Source: a virus
Taxonomy: Duplodnaviria > Caudoviricetes
Strand: one strand, 5' to 3'
IMG/VR virus record: IMGVR_UViG_3300037042_006698
Coordinates: 1-54,293 of that record
DNA length: 54,293 nucleotides
Each line of letters begins with the position of its first letter. Position 1 is the stretch's first letter. The notes under the pieces were generated by a model that did not search any database, had not been told where the DNA came from, and saw nothing but the letters and a program-made list of their open reading frames with translations. The position numbers and the translations under genes are program-made. Shown here piece by piece: positions 18,709 to 28,239 of this stretch.

Positions 18709-19232
18709 CTTAATCCCCTCGGACGGAGCTGGCCGTCAAAGCACTGAATGAGGCAAGGACCGCAGTAACCCACCCTCTTCCCAGTGACGGCGTACGCGAT
18801 GGCGTCAGCCCAGAATTCGATCTCGTCGTCCGTCCGGTTGAGCCAGCGGCGCTGGACAGCCTTTTTCTTGTCGGCGCTCGCGTCGTCGGAAACCCATCGA
18901 GCGGGCTTGTCTCGCGATACGAACTCCCATCGCCCTGGATGCAGAAAATCGCTTGCGTGACCGAACTCGTGGCAAAGGATCGCCGTCAACGTGTCGAGCG
19001 GCAGATCCGCGCCCTCAGGAGCGATCTCGATGCGCTTGCCCGTAGTCGTACATGCGGCGAAGTGGCGCTCGGTGTCGTGCCGATCGGGATTGATGCGGAA
19101 CTCCACTAACGCGATACCGCCGTCTTCCCCAAAGCGTTCGTGGGCGTCCAGATAGACATCCCGCACTGCGTCAAACGAAGGCGCGATGATTAGCGCGGCC
19201 ATCGCTTCCTGATCAAGTGCGGGATGTCCCAT
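18705..19232 (-). CDS. HEXXH zinc metallopeptidase-like protein
   Basis: ILCHEFGHASD and downstream EFWADAIA (third ligand E). Confidence 0.75.
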   Translation of the reverse strand: MGHPALDQEAMAALIIAPSFDAVRDVYLDAHERFGEDGGIALVEFRINPDRHDTERHFAACTTTGKRIEIAPEGADLPLDTLTAILCHEFGHASDFLHPGRWEFVSRDKPARWVSDDASADKKKAVQRRWLNRTDDEIEFWADAIAYAVTGKRVGYCGPCLIQCFDGQLRPRGLR

Positions 19233-19238
19233 GGCGAA

Positions 19239-19724
19239 TCAGAGCCTACCGAGATGCTGCGCGACAGCTCGTGACTGCTGAGAAAACGCCATCTCAGCGT
19301 TCTGAGGCAGCCAGCGATTACGGCGACCCTCCGCAAGATGCTGATCGCACTCCTGCGGACGAATAAGCGGTCGCTGAATCGTGTTTCCACATCGGCAGCG
19401 GAGCTGCGGGTACCACGCGTACGGAACGCCTCGATGAACAACACTCGCAGTGTTCATCCACTGAGCAACTGCGTGTTGCCGCATCTGAGGATGCTGCGCG
19501 TAAGCCTCTTGAGGCGACACGTTGAATTTGATCGCGCAAAGCTCTGGCCACATCACGGTCATGTGGCGTGGCTTGCCGCACGACTCGCAGTGGATCTGAA
19601 CGACCAACCCTTCCGGTCCGTACTGATGCTGAACCGAATCGTAGGCCTGGAGTCCGTCCGAGCCGACAAAAATACCGTTCGTCCCCTCAAGGACGTCACC
19701 AAAACCGTCAAATACGTCACTCAT
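19239..19724 (-). CDS. hypothetical zinc-binding protein
   Basis: CESCG and CRCG pairs; ATGA overlap. Confidence 0.7.
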   Translation of the reverse strand: MSDVFDGFGDVLEGTNGIFVGSDGLQAYDSVQHQYGPEGLVVQIHCESCGKPRHMTVMWPELCAIKFNVSPQEAYAQHPQMRQHAVAQWMNTASVVHRGVPYAWYPQLRCRCGNTIQRPLIRPQECDQHLAEGRRNRWLPQNAEMAFSQQSRAVAQHLGRL

Positions 19725-20215
19725 CGTTTGCCCTTCCGTTTCGCTGATTTGTTCCGTTTCACACTGGTCGATGAAGACTTCGCGGGACCAACCTGACGAG
19801 GCGCATTGCTTGATTCATCAGCAACAACGGCTTCGTTGGTAGGTTCTTCAGGCTTTGGCAGCTCCACCGCGGTGTCGGAACACAAACCGCAGCGAGCGTG
19901 CGCGTCATCCTGAACTTTGAGAGGCTCTTCAGTTGGCTTCCCATCTTTTGGCGGCGCGCAAGTCGAGTCGGCTGATGCTGTCAAGCAAGACGCCGCACCA
20001 AGATGCTTTTGCGACGCACCACGCAGAATGTCAACGACGGACTTCATGAGCTTCACCGGGTCAAGCCCAACAGCTCGAAGAAAACCCGCGAAAGCCGCGT
20101 AGCGTGGATTCTTTTCAGCCAGCGCTTCCCATTCCTCTGCGGTACGGCGGCTCAAAGCGGCGTTTAGCACGCCGGTAATCAGCAACCAGCCTAAAACTAC
20201 GTAAGCGTCTTTCAT
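19721..20215 (-). CDS. membrane protein with an N-terminal hydrophobic helix
   Basis: MKDAYVVLGWLLITGVLNAAL; GAGAGG RBS before ATG 20215. Confidence 0.7.
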   Translation of the reverse strand: MKDAYVVLGWLLITGVLNAALSRRTAEEWEALAEKNPRYAAFAGFLRAVGLDPVKLMKSVVDILRGASQKHLGAASCLTASADSTCAPPKDGKPTEEPLKVQDDAHARCGLCSDTAVELPKPEEPTNEAVVADESSNAPRQVGPAKSSSTSVKRNKSAKRKGKR

Positions 20216-20223
20216 GGTGCCTC

Positions 20224-21018
20224 TCAAACGATGGCGCGGATGCCGCAGCTACGGCGACCATTCTTCGTCGCACAAGAATCGTCAGAGTCCGACGTGTTCG
20301 GGGTGGCCTTGCCGAGACCTTCCTTCTTCATGCGGTAGATAAGGTAACCACCGAGACCGGCGGAAATTAGGGCGTACGTTCCGCTGATCATCGCTTCACG
20401 CTTTCCGACCGGATCGCCTTGTATACCGTAGAGCGCAGCACGATAGCCATTCATGGCAGAGCCCGCAAAAAGCGTCCCGGCGATCGTTCCGTAAATGCCA
20501 CCAAACCTCATCCCTAAAACTGCTCCGAGGCCTGCGGCAACGGTGCTCACGCCAAGCATGTGGCCACGCTGCGCGGTATCGAGATTCGACGCCTGAGACG
20601 ACGGCGGCTGATAGCCAATATCGGCCGCACCGACGCTTCGGGCGGGCATTCTTGGCATCATGGGTCGTGGCATCCCCGAAGGATGCGGCAAAGCGGACAA
20701 GGGAATTGCAGCAGCGTGCGCCATCTGCTTCGGAGCGGGTAGCGACGGGTACGCCCGAGGAGGCTGACGATAAGGCGACGGATCCGGCGCCCGTGGCAAC
20801 ACCACAGGTGTCATGTCAGCATGCTTCGGCGGCTCTTGAGCTTTTTGCTCAGCGCTTTGGCCCGAAGAGACAAGCTGGAGGATTGGGCGACGGCTGTCCA
20901 GCTCGATAATCTGACCATCACCGGAATCCGGCGGCGCAAACGCTCCGGGCATAAGCGCGTCGGCGCCATTTGGCATCGACCAGTCATCTTCGTCCATGCC
21001 GCTCTGAAAACCGTTCAT
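20224..21018 (-). CDS. Pro-rich membrane protein, putative virion membrane protein
   Basis: AAGGAAG RBS before ATG 21018; about three Gly-rich hydrophobic segments; VGAAD before them, KATPN and KNGRR after. Confidence 0.75.
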   Translation of the reverse strand: MNGFQSGMDEDDWSMPNGADALMPGAFAPPDSGDGQIIELDSRRPILQLVSSGQSAEQKAQEPPKHADMTPVVLPRAPDPSPYRQPPRAYPSLPAPKQMAHAAAIPLSALPHPSGMPRPMMPRMPARSVGAADIGYQPPSSQASNLDTAQRGHMLGVSTVAAGLGAVLGMRFGGIYGTIAGTLFAGSAMNGYRAALYGIQGDPVGKREAMISGTYALISAGLGGYLIYRMKKEGLGKATPNTSDSDDSCATKNGRRSCGIRAIV

Positions 21019-21123
21019 TAGCAAGCTTCCTTGACTGCGATTGATGCTCCACCAATGAGCAAAATCTGGCGGGTCGCAGATATTCTACCTGCCATTGATG
21101 ACTACCACAAGAATCGTCAGTCG

Positions 21124-21153
21124 TTGACATGCTGGCAACTTAGGCCATAACCT
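21124..21153 (+). promoter_or_regulatory. sigma70-like promoter giving a leaderless transcript
   Basis: TTGACA(21124)-N18-TAACCT-N7-GTG(21161). Confidence 0.6.
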
Positions 21154-21160
21154 TCCGGCC

Positions 21161-21781
21161 GTGGGAAGCCTTACCGCCGCCGCCCTCTCCGCCGTGCTCC
21201 AGTTCGTGGCGCCGCATCTAGGCGATGACGTAAACAAGAATTACACCCACATCGTCCTGACCGAATCGCGAAAGCGCTCAATCGACCCGCTTCTGGTGGT
21301 CGCCCTCGTTGAGCATGAAAGCCACTGGCGGGCGGGAGCCATCTCAGAGGACGGAGAAGACTTCGGCCTTGGACAGATCCGAGGCCGATACGAACCTGCC
21401 TGCGTTAAAGAGTTCGACCCGGTAGGAGACCCATCAACCCCGTGCGAAGAGGCGAGAATGCGCCTGCTCGACGGGAGCTACAACCTGAAACGGACCATTG
21501 CCACCCTTGCGGAAAATAGAAAGCTATGTCGTCGAATTTTGAAGCAGAAAGTGTCTCAGGCGTCGGTTTTGGCGAGCTACGGAGGAATGAACAACCCGGA
21601 CGCTCAGGTCTGGTGTGGGCACAAGAAAATGGGGCGTCGATGGCGGCAGCTCCCGGTGCGTCAGGAGTTGAAGGAAATTCTCGACCTTCAATCCCGCCTC
21701 CGGCGCCAACTCCCCAAGCTCCTCCGGCATCACCGCCCCCGGCGGCACTCCTCCACTCCTGGGGCTACAACCGGTCTCTGA
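21161..21781 (+). CDS. SLT-family lytic transglycosylase
   Basis: IDPLLVVALVEHESHW (catalytic ES), DFGLGQI, LLDGSYNL, LASY. Confidence 0.8.
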   Translation: MGSLTAAALSAVLQFVAPHLGDDVNKNYTHIVLTESRKRSIDPLLVVALVEHESHWRAGAISEDGEDFGLGQIRGRYEPACVKEFDPVGDPSTPCEEARMRLLDGSYNLKRTIATLAENRKLCRRILKQKVSQASVLASYGGMNNPDAQVWCGHKKMGRRWRQLPVRQELKEILDLQSRLRRQLPKLLRHHRPRRHSSTPGATTGL

Positions 21782-22080
21782 CCCCAGAAGAAATCCGGCG
21801 CAGCGTCCTCGACAAGGAGCACGTCTGGCAACTCGCGACGAGGCCTCTTCAGCCCGACGACGTGGCTCGGCTCTGTTTTCGTCGCGTTCAACAAATCGCT
21901 GAACGTGACAGCAAGCATGATGTCCCGAAAGACCTTTGCGACTTTGCCGACGTTGGTGAGGTAATATTCCTCGACGAAAACAGTCAACCAGTCGAGTTCG
22001 ATGCGGTTGACGTCGTATTCATGAAGAACGGCAGGCCTGTGAAATTCTCCCGAGCCATCGTGGCTTGGGAAAGCAAGTGA
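21640..22080 (+). CDS. hypothetical protein (start uncertain)
   Basis: The 3' part (PEEIRRSVLDKEH...) fills the gap to 22093; the 5' part overlaps the SLT gene. Confidence 0.45.
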   Translation: MAAAPGASGVEGNSRPSIPPPAPTPQAPPASPPPAALLHSWGYNRSLTPEEIRRSVLDKEHVWQLATRPLQPDDVARLCFRRVQQIAERDSKHDVPKDLCDFADVGEVIFLDENSQPVEFDAVDVVFMKNGRPVKFSRAIVAWESK

Positions 22081-22092
22081 GGAAGTGATACG

Positions 22093-22602
22093 ATGGACGG
22101 TCACTGGAGCGCATCGCCAATGGTCATCTTTATGTCGATCATGATGGGAACCGGCGTGGCCGTCATCGTTTCGCTTTTGGAACGTCGCTTTCGAAGGCGA
22201 ATGACGCCCCAAACGATCGCCGATTGGCTGCCCGCGCTTGAGAGGGCGAACCTGGCCGTTGTGTACGCCTCCTCCGAGCTTGCTCAACGGGTCAAAGAGC
22301 TTGCCATTCTGCGCGACGAGATGCCGCCGGAGTGCCAGCGCATCGCTGACCAGGTGCTTCACTATACCCAGGTCGTCGAGGAGCAGCTTTTTGAGGAACT
22401 CGCTGAGCGTGGCGTGGTGCCGCGCTACATGTTCGGAGGACCCGTGTCGGACCTCGCGAAATCGCGGGCTGCCCAAGACGCCACGATCGAACCGGTTGTC
22501 GTAGACGTGGAAATCGATGGCGATGCGCCTGAAAACGTAATCGCCCTCCCGTCTCAGCCTCCTCGTGAGTGGGTTGGCAGGCAGCTTCTTCGGAGACTCT
22601 GA
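22093..22602 (+). CDS. hypothetical protein with an N-terminal membrane anchor
   Basis: GAGGA RBS; MVIFMSIMMGTGVAVIVSLL-ERRFRRR. Confidence 0.7.
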   Translation: MDGHWSASPMVIFMSIMMGTGVAVIVSLLERRFRRRMTPQTIADWLPALERANLAVVYASSELAQRVKELAILRDEMPPECQRIADQVLHYTQVVEEQLFEELAERGVVPRYMFGGPVSDLAKSRAAQDATIEPVVVDVEIDGDAPENVIALPSQPPREWVGRQLLRRL

Positions 22603-22610
22603 CGCTTGAG

Positions 22611-23960
22611 CTAATCGTCGATCATCGAGAAGCCGATAAACCCGGCGACCAATCCGATCCCGCCGACGATCAGCGCTTTCGAAGCGTCAAGCTCGCCAGT
22701 TCCGGAGCCGATGTTCGCGTTGGTCGTCGTGCTACCTTTTCCCAGTTGCGATTGCTCCCAGGAAACGCTTGCGTCTTCGGTCGTCTTGCCGTGATCGCCA
22801 TCGGCTCCGTAAGGGGCGAGGTTGTATCCTTGGCTGATAAGGAACTTTTGCCAAGCGACAACGGCGGCGCCTTTGTCTCCGCGACGGGTCCTCGTCGGGA
22901 CACCGGAAGACGATGGGACCTGATTCGAACCGCCGCCGGACGGAGCACCCTGACCGATCGGACCGGGCGCAGGCGGATTCTTACCGCAGATGTCCTCGCC
23001 AAAGGCTTTCGCCTCGGGAGAGAACTCCCCGATCCCAGCCAGCGCGAGCAACGCGCAAACGTTCGGTTTCTCGTAAGGAACGAGAGGCAAGCGCATGTTG
23101 AGCGTACCCTCGTGGCTCAGGAGACCCGCTAGCTTCGGATCGTTCGCAAGGTCGTAGATGTCAATGCACTTGGTGCGGCCAGGTCCGCCTGGCGCATCGC
23201 ATGCGCCACCGTCTTTGCAAACGTAGCTGCTTCCGAAGCCGGAAACGGCGTTCGGGACGCAAAGCTGAACCGATCTCGCAACCAGCATGATGACCTGCGA
23301 GTAGTCGCTGTGGCCGTAGTCGTGTGCGTGACCAGGCGTCTGCACCACGTCAACGTTCGGGATGAGCGTGACGCTCTTCGGCTGCGCGCCTTTTGCCGTC
23401 CTGAAGAAACCGTAGTTCTCCGAGGAAACAGCTCCCCCGCTCGTTTTACCCTTGCGGCTTGTCCACGCACTTACGGTCCAATATTTTCCAATGTTGGCGA
23501 TGAGCGGGGTGCTGAACTTCAGAACATTCCTGGGGTATTCAACGCTCTTTTTTGCCTTGTCCGAATGGCGTACGAACGTATCCGTGTCCGCCATCTTATT
23601 AATGTCGGCCTGCGTGCCGGTCATACCGATAAACGGATCGACACGGATCGTCGCTTGCTTCCAAATCTCGTCAACGAGCTTCGGCGTCAGCAAGGTCGCG
23701 TTGTAGTAGTCAGCGACCTTCTGCATCGTGACGGGCGTGACGCCGGGGTAGAATCCGTCTTCCCACTGATCGCCAAGCATTAGGGGTTCGGCCGTGACAT
23801 AGAACGTCGCGCGATAAGGCCCGTAGTCAACCGAAATGGGGCGCCATCGAGCAATCGCTTGGCCATTCTTGATGAGCTGAAGGATGGCGTCTTCGCGAGC
23901 GGGACCAGGCTTTTTAGGAAGCGATGCCGCGATCTGAGGGCCCTTGAGAGACGTTGCCAT
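22611..23960 (-). CDS. enzyme-like domain plus peptidoglycan-binding domain plus C-terminal membrane anchor
   Basis: LLTPKLVDEIW, NYGFF, HAHDYGHSDYSQ; RRGDKGAAVVAWQKFL...GADGDHGKTT; ALIVGGIGLVAGFIGF. Confidence 0.75.
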   Translation of the reverse strand: MATSLKGPQIAASLPKKPGPAREDAILQLIKNGQAIARWRPISVDYGPYRATFYVTAEPLMLGDQWEDGFYPGVTPVTMQKVADYYNATLLTPKLVDEIWKQATIRVDPFIGMTGTQADINKMADTDTFVRHSDKAKKSVEYPRNVLKFSTPLIANIGKYWTVSAWTSRKGKTSGGAVSSENYGFFRTAKGAQPKSVTLIPNVDVVQTPGHAHDYGHSDYSQVIMLVARSVQLCVPNAVSGFGSSYVCKDGGACDAPGGPGRTKCIDIYDLANDPKLAGLLSHEGTLNMRLPLVPYEKPNVCALLALAGIGEFSPEAKAFGEDICGKNPPAPGPIGQGAPSGGGSNQVPSSSGVPTRTRRGDKGAAVVAWQKFLISQGYNLAPYGADGDHGKTTEDASVSWEQSQLGKGSTTTNANIGSGTGELDASKALIVGGIGLVAGFIGFSMIDD

Positions 23961-23974
23961 GTCCTATTCCTTTA

Positions 23975-24247
23975 TCAGCCAACAGTGCCAGCGCCGATGC
24001 GCGTCTGAAGAAGCGCATAGAGCGCATCCTTCATCGACGAGTAGATGCTTCCGGCCGGATCCACCGCCATAACCTCATCCGACGAGAACGATACCGCACC
24101 GCTATCCTTCTGCTCGAATCCGTTCGGTCCATTGACTCCGCGAACGTAAAGGATCTGAACCGACATCGGATCAACCGTGACGGAAAATCCGGTGATACGA
24201 ACCGTGTCGATAACGATTTCTTGTGGGGTATGGAGGGTGAAGGGCAT
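23975..24247 (-). CDS. small putative virion/fibre-associated protein
   Basis: AAGGA RBS before ATG 24247 (MPFTLHTPQE); lies in the fibre gene cluster. Confidence 0.65.
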   Translation of the reverse strand: MPFTLHTPQEIVIDTVRITGFSVTVDPMSVQILYVRGVNGPNGFEQKDSGAVSFSSDEVMAVDPAGSIYSSMKDALYALLQTRIGAGTVG

Positions 24248-24301
24248 ACGAAATCCTTGACGACGTGGAGAATACCTCAAACGGACGCGCCGCGAGGAAT
24301 T

Positions 24302-24796
24302 TTACGTTTGCGCTCCTTCAAACGTGAAAGTGCCGAGGTCGGCAGTTACCGACCCCCCGGTTGCTGTTCCGAAGAACGCAATGCTGGTGATTCGTAGCCC
24401 GTCTTTGTTGAAGTAGACCTGGCTCCGATTCATCGTGAGCGCACCGACCGTAGACGTGTTGGTGTACTCGCTCGTCGATCCATCTGACCAGTAGAGGCGA
24501 AGGCCTGGAGTCACCTTCTGGGCACCACCCGAGGTCACTGCGGCAGGAAGGGTCCACCACGCAGGAGAAATGCTTTGATACGTGGATGCGGGGCTATACG
24601 AGCCTAAAATCACCGTTCCACTGTACTGCTGCGAAGACGGATTAAAAGACTTGCTGAACTCCAGAGCGGGACGCGCTGAGCCGCCGCCACCGGAGGTCGC
24701 TGGAATCCATTTGCCGACCGATACGCTGTAGGTGACGACCTGGCCATCCGTAGCGCCGGACTGGGCAAGCTGCTTGAGTTCAATGCTGCCGCCCAT
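24302..24796 (-). CDS. putative spike/fibre-associated protein
   Basis: LKQLAQSGATDGQVVTY...KWIPAT-GGGG fibre-type motif followed by a beta-rich domain. Confidence 0.7.
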   Translation of the reverse strand: MGGSIELKQLAQSGATDGQVVTYSVSVGKWIPATSGGGGSARPALEFSKSFNPSSQQYSGTVILGSYSPASTYQSISPAWWTLPAAVTSGGAQKVTPGLRLYWSDGSTSEYTNTSTVGALTMNRSQVYFNKDGLRITSIAFFGTATGGSVTADLGTFTFEGAQT

Positions 24797-24798
24797 GA

Positions 24799-25290
24799 CT
24801 ACTCCACGTTGACTTCAAGCCAGCTTCCGTAAACGAGGACCTTGTCGCTCGATTCTCGGATCACTTCCAACGTCACTCGAAAAAGTTCGGCGCGGGCAAG
24901 AAGCTTCTCGTTCAAACGAAACGACATGCGTTGCTTGCCGTTCGTTGATCCTTGAAGCATTTCGCTTTCTCCAAGCCTGAGTTCGCTTGGATCGCCGCAG
25001 CCGTAGTAAATCCTAAACTTGAAGCGGCTTGTTGCGCTTGTGGCTTCGTATTCGGTAATGACGCAGAAATCCCGCTCCCCCCAGTTTCTCGGAATGAGCA
25101 TCGGCATATAACCAATGCGACATGGGTCCGGATCTTCAGGGGAAGCAGGCTTCGTATTGACTTCGATACCACCGAGAAGGATGCCGTCGTAGCTCCAAAA
25201 GTGCGCGCTTGAACCGAGGCTCAGCGGCGTCAACATGACGGTCGCTGGGTTCTCGACGAAAGGAAACTGTTTGGCGCGTACGACGGGCAT
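24799..25290 (-). CDS. hypothetical beta-rich protein, putative structural
   Basis: N-terminus VRAKQF echoes IKGKQL (fibre) and IELKQL (downstream gene). Confidence 0.65.
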   Translation of the reverse strand: MPVVRAKQFPFVENPATVMLTPLSLGSSAHFWSYDGILLGGIEVNTKPASPEDPDPCRIGYMPMLIPRNWGERDFCVITEYEATSATSRFKFRIYYGCGDPSELRLGESEMLQGSTNGKQRMSFRLNEKLLARAELFRVTLEVIRESSDKVLVYGSWLEVNVE

Positions 25291-25313
25291 CTTTCAGATG
25301 TCTACCTCAAATA

Positions 25314-28151
25314 TCAGGCAAACGCGATGTAATCGAAATCGACCGAGTCGCTGATGCCGAGCTGGAAGCCAGCAATGCTTCCGTTCCAATACAGCTTGTC
25401 TCCGGCGGCGATAGCACCGAAGGCGCGAGCCGAGGTGCCTGCATTACCCGAGAAGTAGCAGTCCTTGGTCTTGACGCCGTTACCGACCTCGTAAGAGATA
25501 CCGTTGATACGAACCGCCACGTAGCTGCTAAGCGCAGGCACCGAGACGATACCTGTCGCGCAGGCCTGGTCGCCGTCAGCCGAAGTAGCTGACGCTGCCA
25601 TGCCCTTGTTGGCCGCCGACGGGGCGGGCGCTGCATGGACGTGGTCTACGCGAGCAAGTTGAGTGGCAGTGCCAGCCGCGTCAGCCGTACCGACAGGCGC
25701 GATGGCGCTGCCGTAATCAGCCGACACGCTGTTTGCACCGACAACGATACCGTTGCCAGCGCCGACGGCCAGCGCTGAGCCGCCACCACCCGTAAGACCG
25801 TCGCCCGCTGCGCCTGCCGCAATGCGGAGGGCGTCGGACGAAATTTCGATCGTCGAGTTGTCAACGTTGACGTCAAGCGGAGCGCCAGCGCCGCCGCTCA
25901 AGCCAGAGCCAGCCGCGCCCGACGCGATCTGAAGCTGGTTCGAGCCGTTCACGCTGACGGTGGTTCCGTCAACAAGAACGTTGAGAGTGTTCGCGCTCTT
26001 CTCAAGCGCCACACCCGCGAGAACGACACCGGCACTGGAGAATTGCACGAACGTGATAGGAGTCGTGCCAAGCGTTCCTCCAGCGTTCGAGGTGCATACC
26101 CAGCCCGTGTCAGCCTGGGAAGTGCCCTGCTCGATGAACGTGAATGCGCCTGGGAAATCCGACCATGCGTCCATGTCAGGCGAACGAGACCAAGATCCAG
26201 CGGCAACGATATAGATGCCGTTGTCAGCCGAGTTGGTCTGGTTCTTTACGAGGATGCGGTTGCCTGCGGAGAGGGCAACGCCATCAACGGTCTGCGTTCC
26301 GCTGAGGGTCAGGTTCCCCGTGCTTGCCGCAACGCAGGAAGCCTTGATGTCGAGGCCCTGAGCGACGCTGTCAACGTACGCCTTCGTTGCGGCATCCTGG
26401 TCGTTGACCGGATCAGCAACGTTGGTGAGGTTGTTCGAGCCCATGGACTGAGCGCCCGAGAACGCGTTCGCGCCAGAGGCAATGATGACGCTCGAATCAA
26501 CCTTCGCTGACGTAACAGCGTTGTTGTCGAGCTTTGCCGTGGTGACGTTCGCGTCCGCAATCTTCGCCGTCGTGACGGCCGAATCCGCGATCTTTACCGT
26601 CGTGACGTTCGAGTCCGCGAGCTTCGAAGTGATAACCGACGAGTCGAGGATCTGAGACGAGGTCACCGCGTTCGCGGCAATCTTCGCGCTAGTCACGGAG
26701 TTGTCGTCGAGCTTCGCAGTCGTAACCGCAAGCGGCCCGAGCTGGTCGGTCGTAACCGCTCCGCCCGCAATCTTCGACGTGGTAACCGAGCCCGTCGCGA
26801 TCTTCGAAGAGGTAACCGCCTCGTCAGAAATCTTCGACGTGATGACGGCGCCCGAAACGAGGTTGACGGTATCAACCGAGTTTCCGTCGAGCTTGCCGAG
26901 AACAACCGCGCCGTTAAGGATCTGCGTGCTGGTCACCGAGTTCGCAGCAAGCTGCGCGTTGGTGATGGTCGCGTTCGCGATCTTCTGCGCGGTCACCGAG
27001 AAGTCAGCGAGCTTCGCCGTCGTCACCGACGAGTCGAGAAGCTGGCTGGTGGTCACGGCGCTCGCAGCAATCTGCGCGCTGGTGACCGCGTTGTCCGCAA
27101 TCTTGGCCGTCGTAACGGCATTCGCCGCGAGCTTCGCCGTCGTCACCGACGAGTCGAGAAGCTGGGTCGTGGTGACCGAGTTCGCCGCAAGCTGCGCGTT
27201 AGTGATGCTTGCGTTAACGATCTGCTGAGCGCCGATCGTGAAATTCGCGATCTGGCTGTTGGTGATCGTGTTGTTGACGAGGTTGCCACCGAGGATGGTG
27301 TAGGGGGCAATCTGCGCGCTGGTGATCGTGTTGTTCGCGATCTGGGCGCTGGTGACCGCATTGTTTGAAATCTTCGACGTCGTGACGGCGAAGTTGATGA
27401 TCTGGTTGGGGCCAACCGAGTTGAACGCAAGCTGCGCGCTGGTCACAGCGTTCGCCGCGATCTTCGCCGTCGTGACGGCGTTGTCGCCAAGCTTCGCCGT
27501 GATCACCGAGGAGTCGAGGATCTGCGCCGAGGTTACCGCGCTAGCGGCAATCTTCGCGCTGGTGACCGCGTTGTCATCGATCTTCGCCGTCGTGACGGCG
27601 AGCGAGGCAAGCTCATCGGTTCCGACAGCGCCGGAAGCGATCTGGTCCGCACCAACCGCGCCGAACGCGATTTTCGCGCTGGTCACCGCATTCGCCGCGA
27701 TTTTCGCGGTGATGACGGCGTCCGTCGCAAGCTCGTCGCTCCCGACGGCAGCGTTGGCAATCTGATCCGCGCCAACCGCGCTGAACGCGATCTTGGCGCT
27801 GGTCACGGCGTTGTCGTCGAGCTTCGCCGTGGTGACTGCGAGCGCTGCAAGTTCGTCGGTACCGACGGCAGCGTTAGCGATCTGATCCGAACCAACGGCG
27901 CCCGTCGCGATTTTCGCGCTGGTCACGGCGTTGTCGGCGAGCTTGCCGGTCGTGACCGAAAGCGCGGCGAGCTGATCGGTGTTAACCGCACTCGACGCGA
28001 TTTGCGACGAAGTGACAGCGTTATCAGCAATCTTTGCCGTGGTGACAGCGTTTGCGGTGATCTTGGCAGTCGTAACCGCCGAGTCCACGAGGTTGGTAGT
28101 ATTTACACCGTCATTACCGGTGCCGAGCTGCTTGCCTTTAATGAGAGCCAC
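25314..28151 (-). CDS. long fibre/spike protein with 10-aa shaft repeats
   Basis: About 50 (N/S)AVT(T/S)AKIA(D/A) units, then the phage-fibre module DAATKAYVD...QGLDIK...TVDGV...RILVKNQ...NGIY, then Gly-rich AGxGL repeats. Confidence 0.9.
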   Translation of the reverse strand: MALIKGKQLGTGNDGVNTTNLVDSAVTTAKITANAVTTAKIADNAVTSSQIASSAVNTDQLAALSVTTGKLADNAVTSAKIATGAVGSDQIANAAVGTDELAALAVTTAKLDDNAVTSAKIAFSAVGADQIANAAVGSDELATDAVITAKIAANAVTSAKIAFGAVGADQIASGAVGTDELASLAVTTAKIDDNAVTSAKIAASAVTSAQILDSSVITAKLGDNAVTTAKIAANAVTSAQLAFNSVGPNQIINFAVTTSKISNNAVTSAQIANNTITSAQIAPYTILGGNLVNNTITNSQIANFTIGAQQIVNASITNAQLAANSVTTTQLLDSSVTTAKLAANAVTTAKIADNAVTSAQIAASAVTTSQLLDSSVTTAKLADFSVTAQKIANATITNAQLAANSVTSTQILNGAVVLGKLDGNSVDTVNLVSGAVITSKISDEAVTSSKIATGSVTTSKIAGGAVTTDQLGPLAVTTAKLDDNSVTSAKIAANAVTSSQILDSSVITSKLADSNVTTVKIADSAVTTAKIADANVTTAKLDNNAVTSAKVDSSVIIASGANAFSGAQSMGSNNLTNVADPVNDQDAATKAYVDSVAQGLDIKASCVAASTGNLTLSGTQTVDGVALSAGNRILVKNQTNSADNGIYIVAAGSWSRSPDMDAWSDFPGAFTFIEQGTSQADTGWVCTSNAGGTLGTTPITFVQFSSAGVVLAGVALEKSANTLNVLVDGTTVSVNGSNQLQIASGAAGSGLSGGAGAPLDVNVDNSTIEISSDALRIAAGAAGDGLTGGGGSALAVGAGNGIVVGANSVSADYGSAIAPVGTADAAGTATQLARVDHVHAAPAPSAANKGMAASATSADGDQACATGIVSVPALSSYVAVRINGISYEVGNGVKTKDCYFSGNAGTSARAFGAIAAGDKLYWNGSIAGFQLGISDSVDFDYIAFA
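26500..28095. repeat. degenerate 30-bp-period coding repeat (fibre shaft)
   Basis: Recurring plus-strand words such as ATCTTCGCCGTCGTGAC and GCGCTGGTCACCG at 30-nt multiples. Confidence 0.85.
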
Positions 28152-28239
28152 TGTTTTTTCTCCTGAAATCTTGAACGTTCAAAAAGCGGTCAGAAACCGC
28201 AGCAATCTATCTCTTAAGCAGACTTAATTACAAGGCTGC

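Noticed and set aside
17176-18747. 523-aa plus-strand ORF with EVRAF repeats, and the Arg-rich 18032..18664 ORF
   Set aside because: Antisense and frame shadows of the 15-bp pentapeptide array; the minus-strand frame has paralogues and operon coupling
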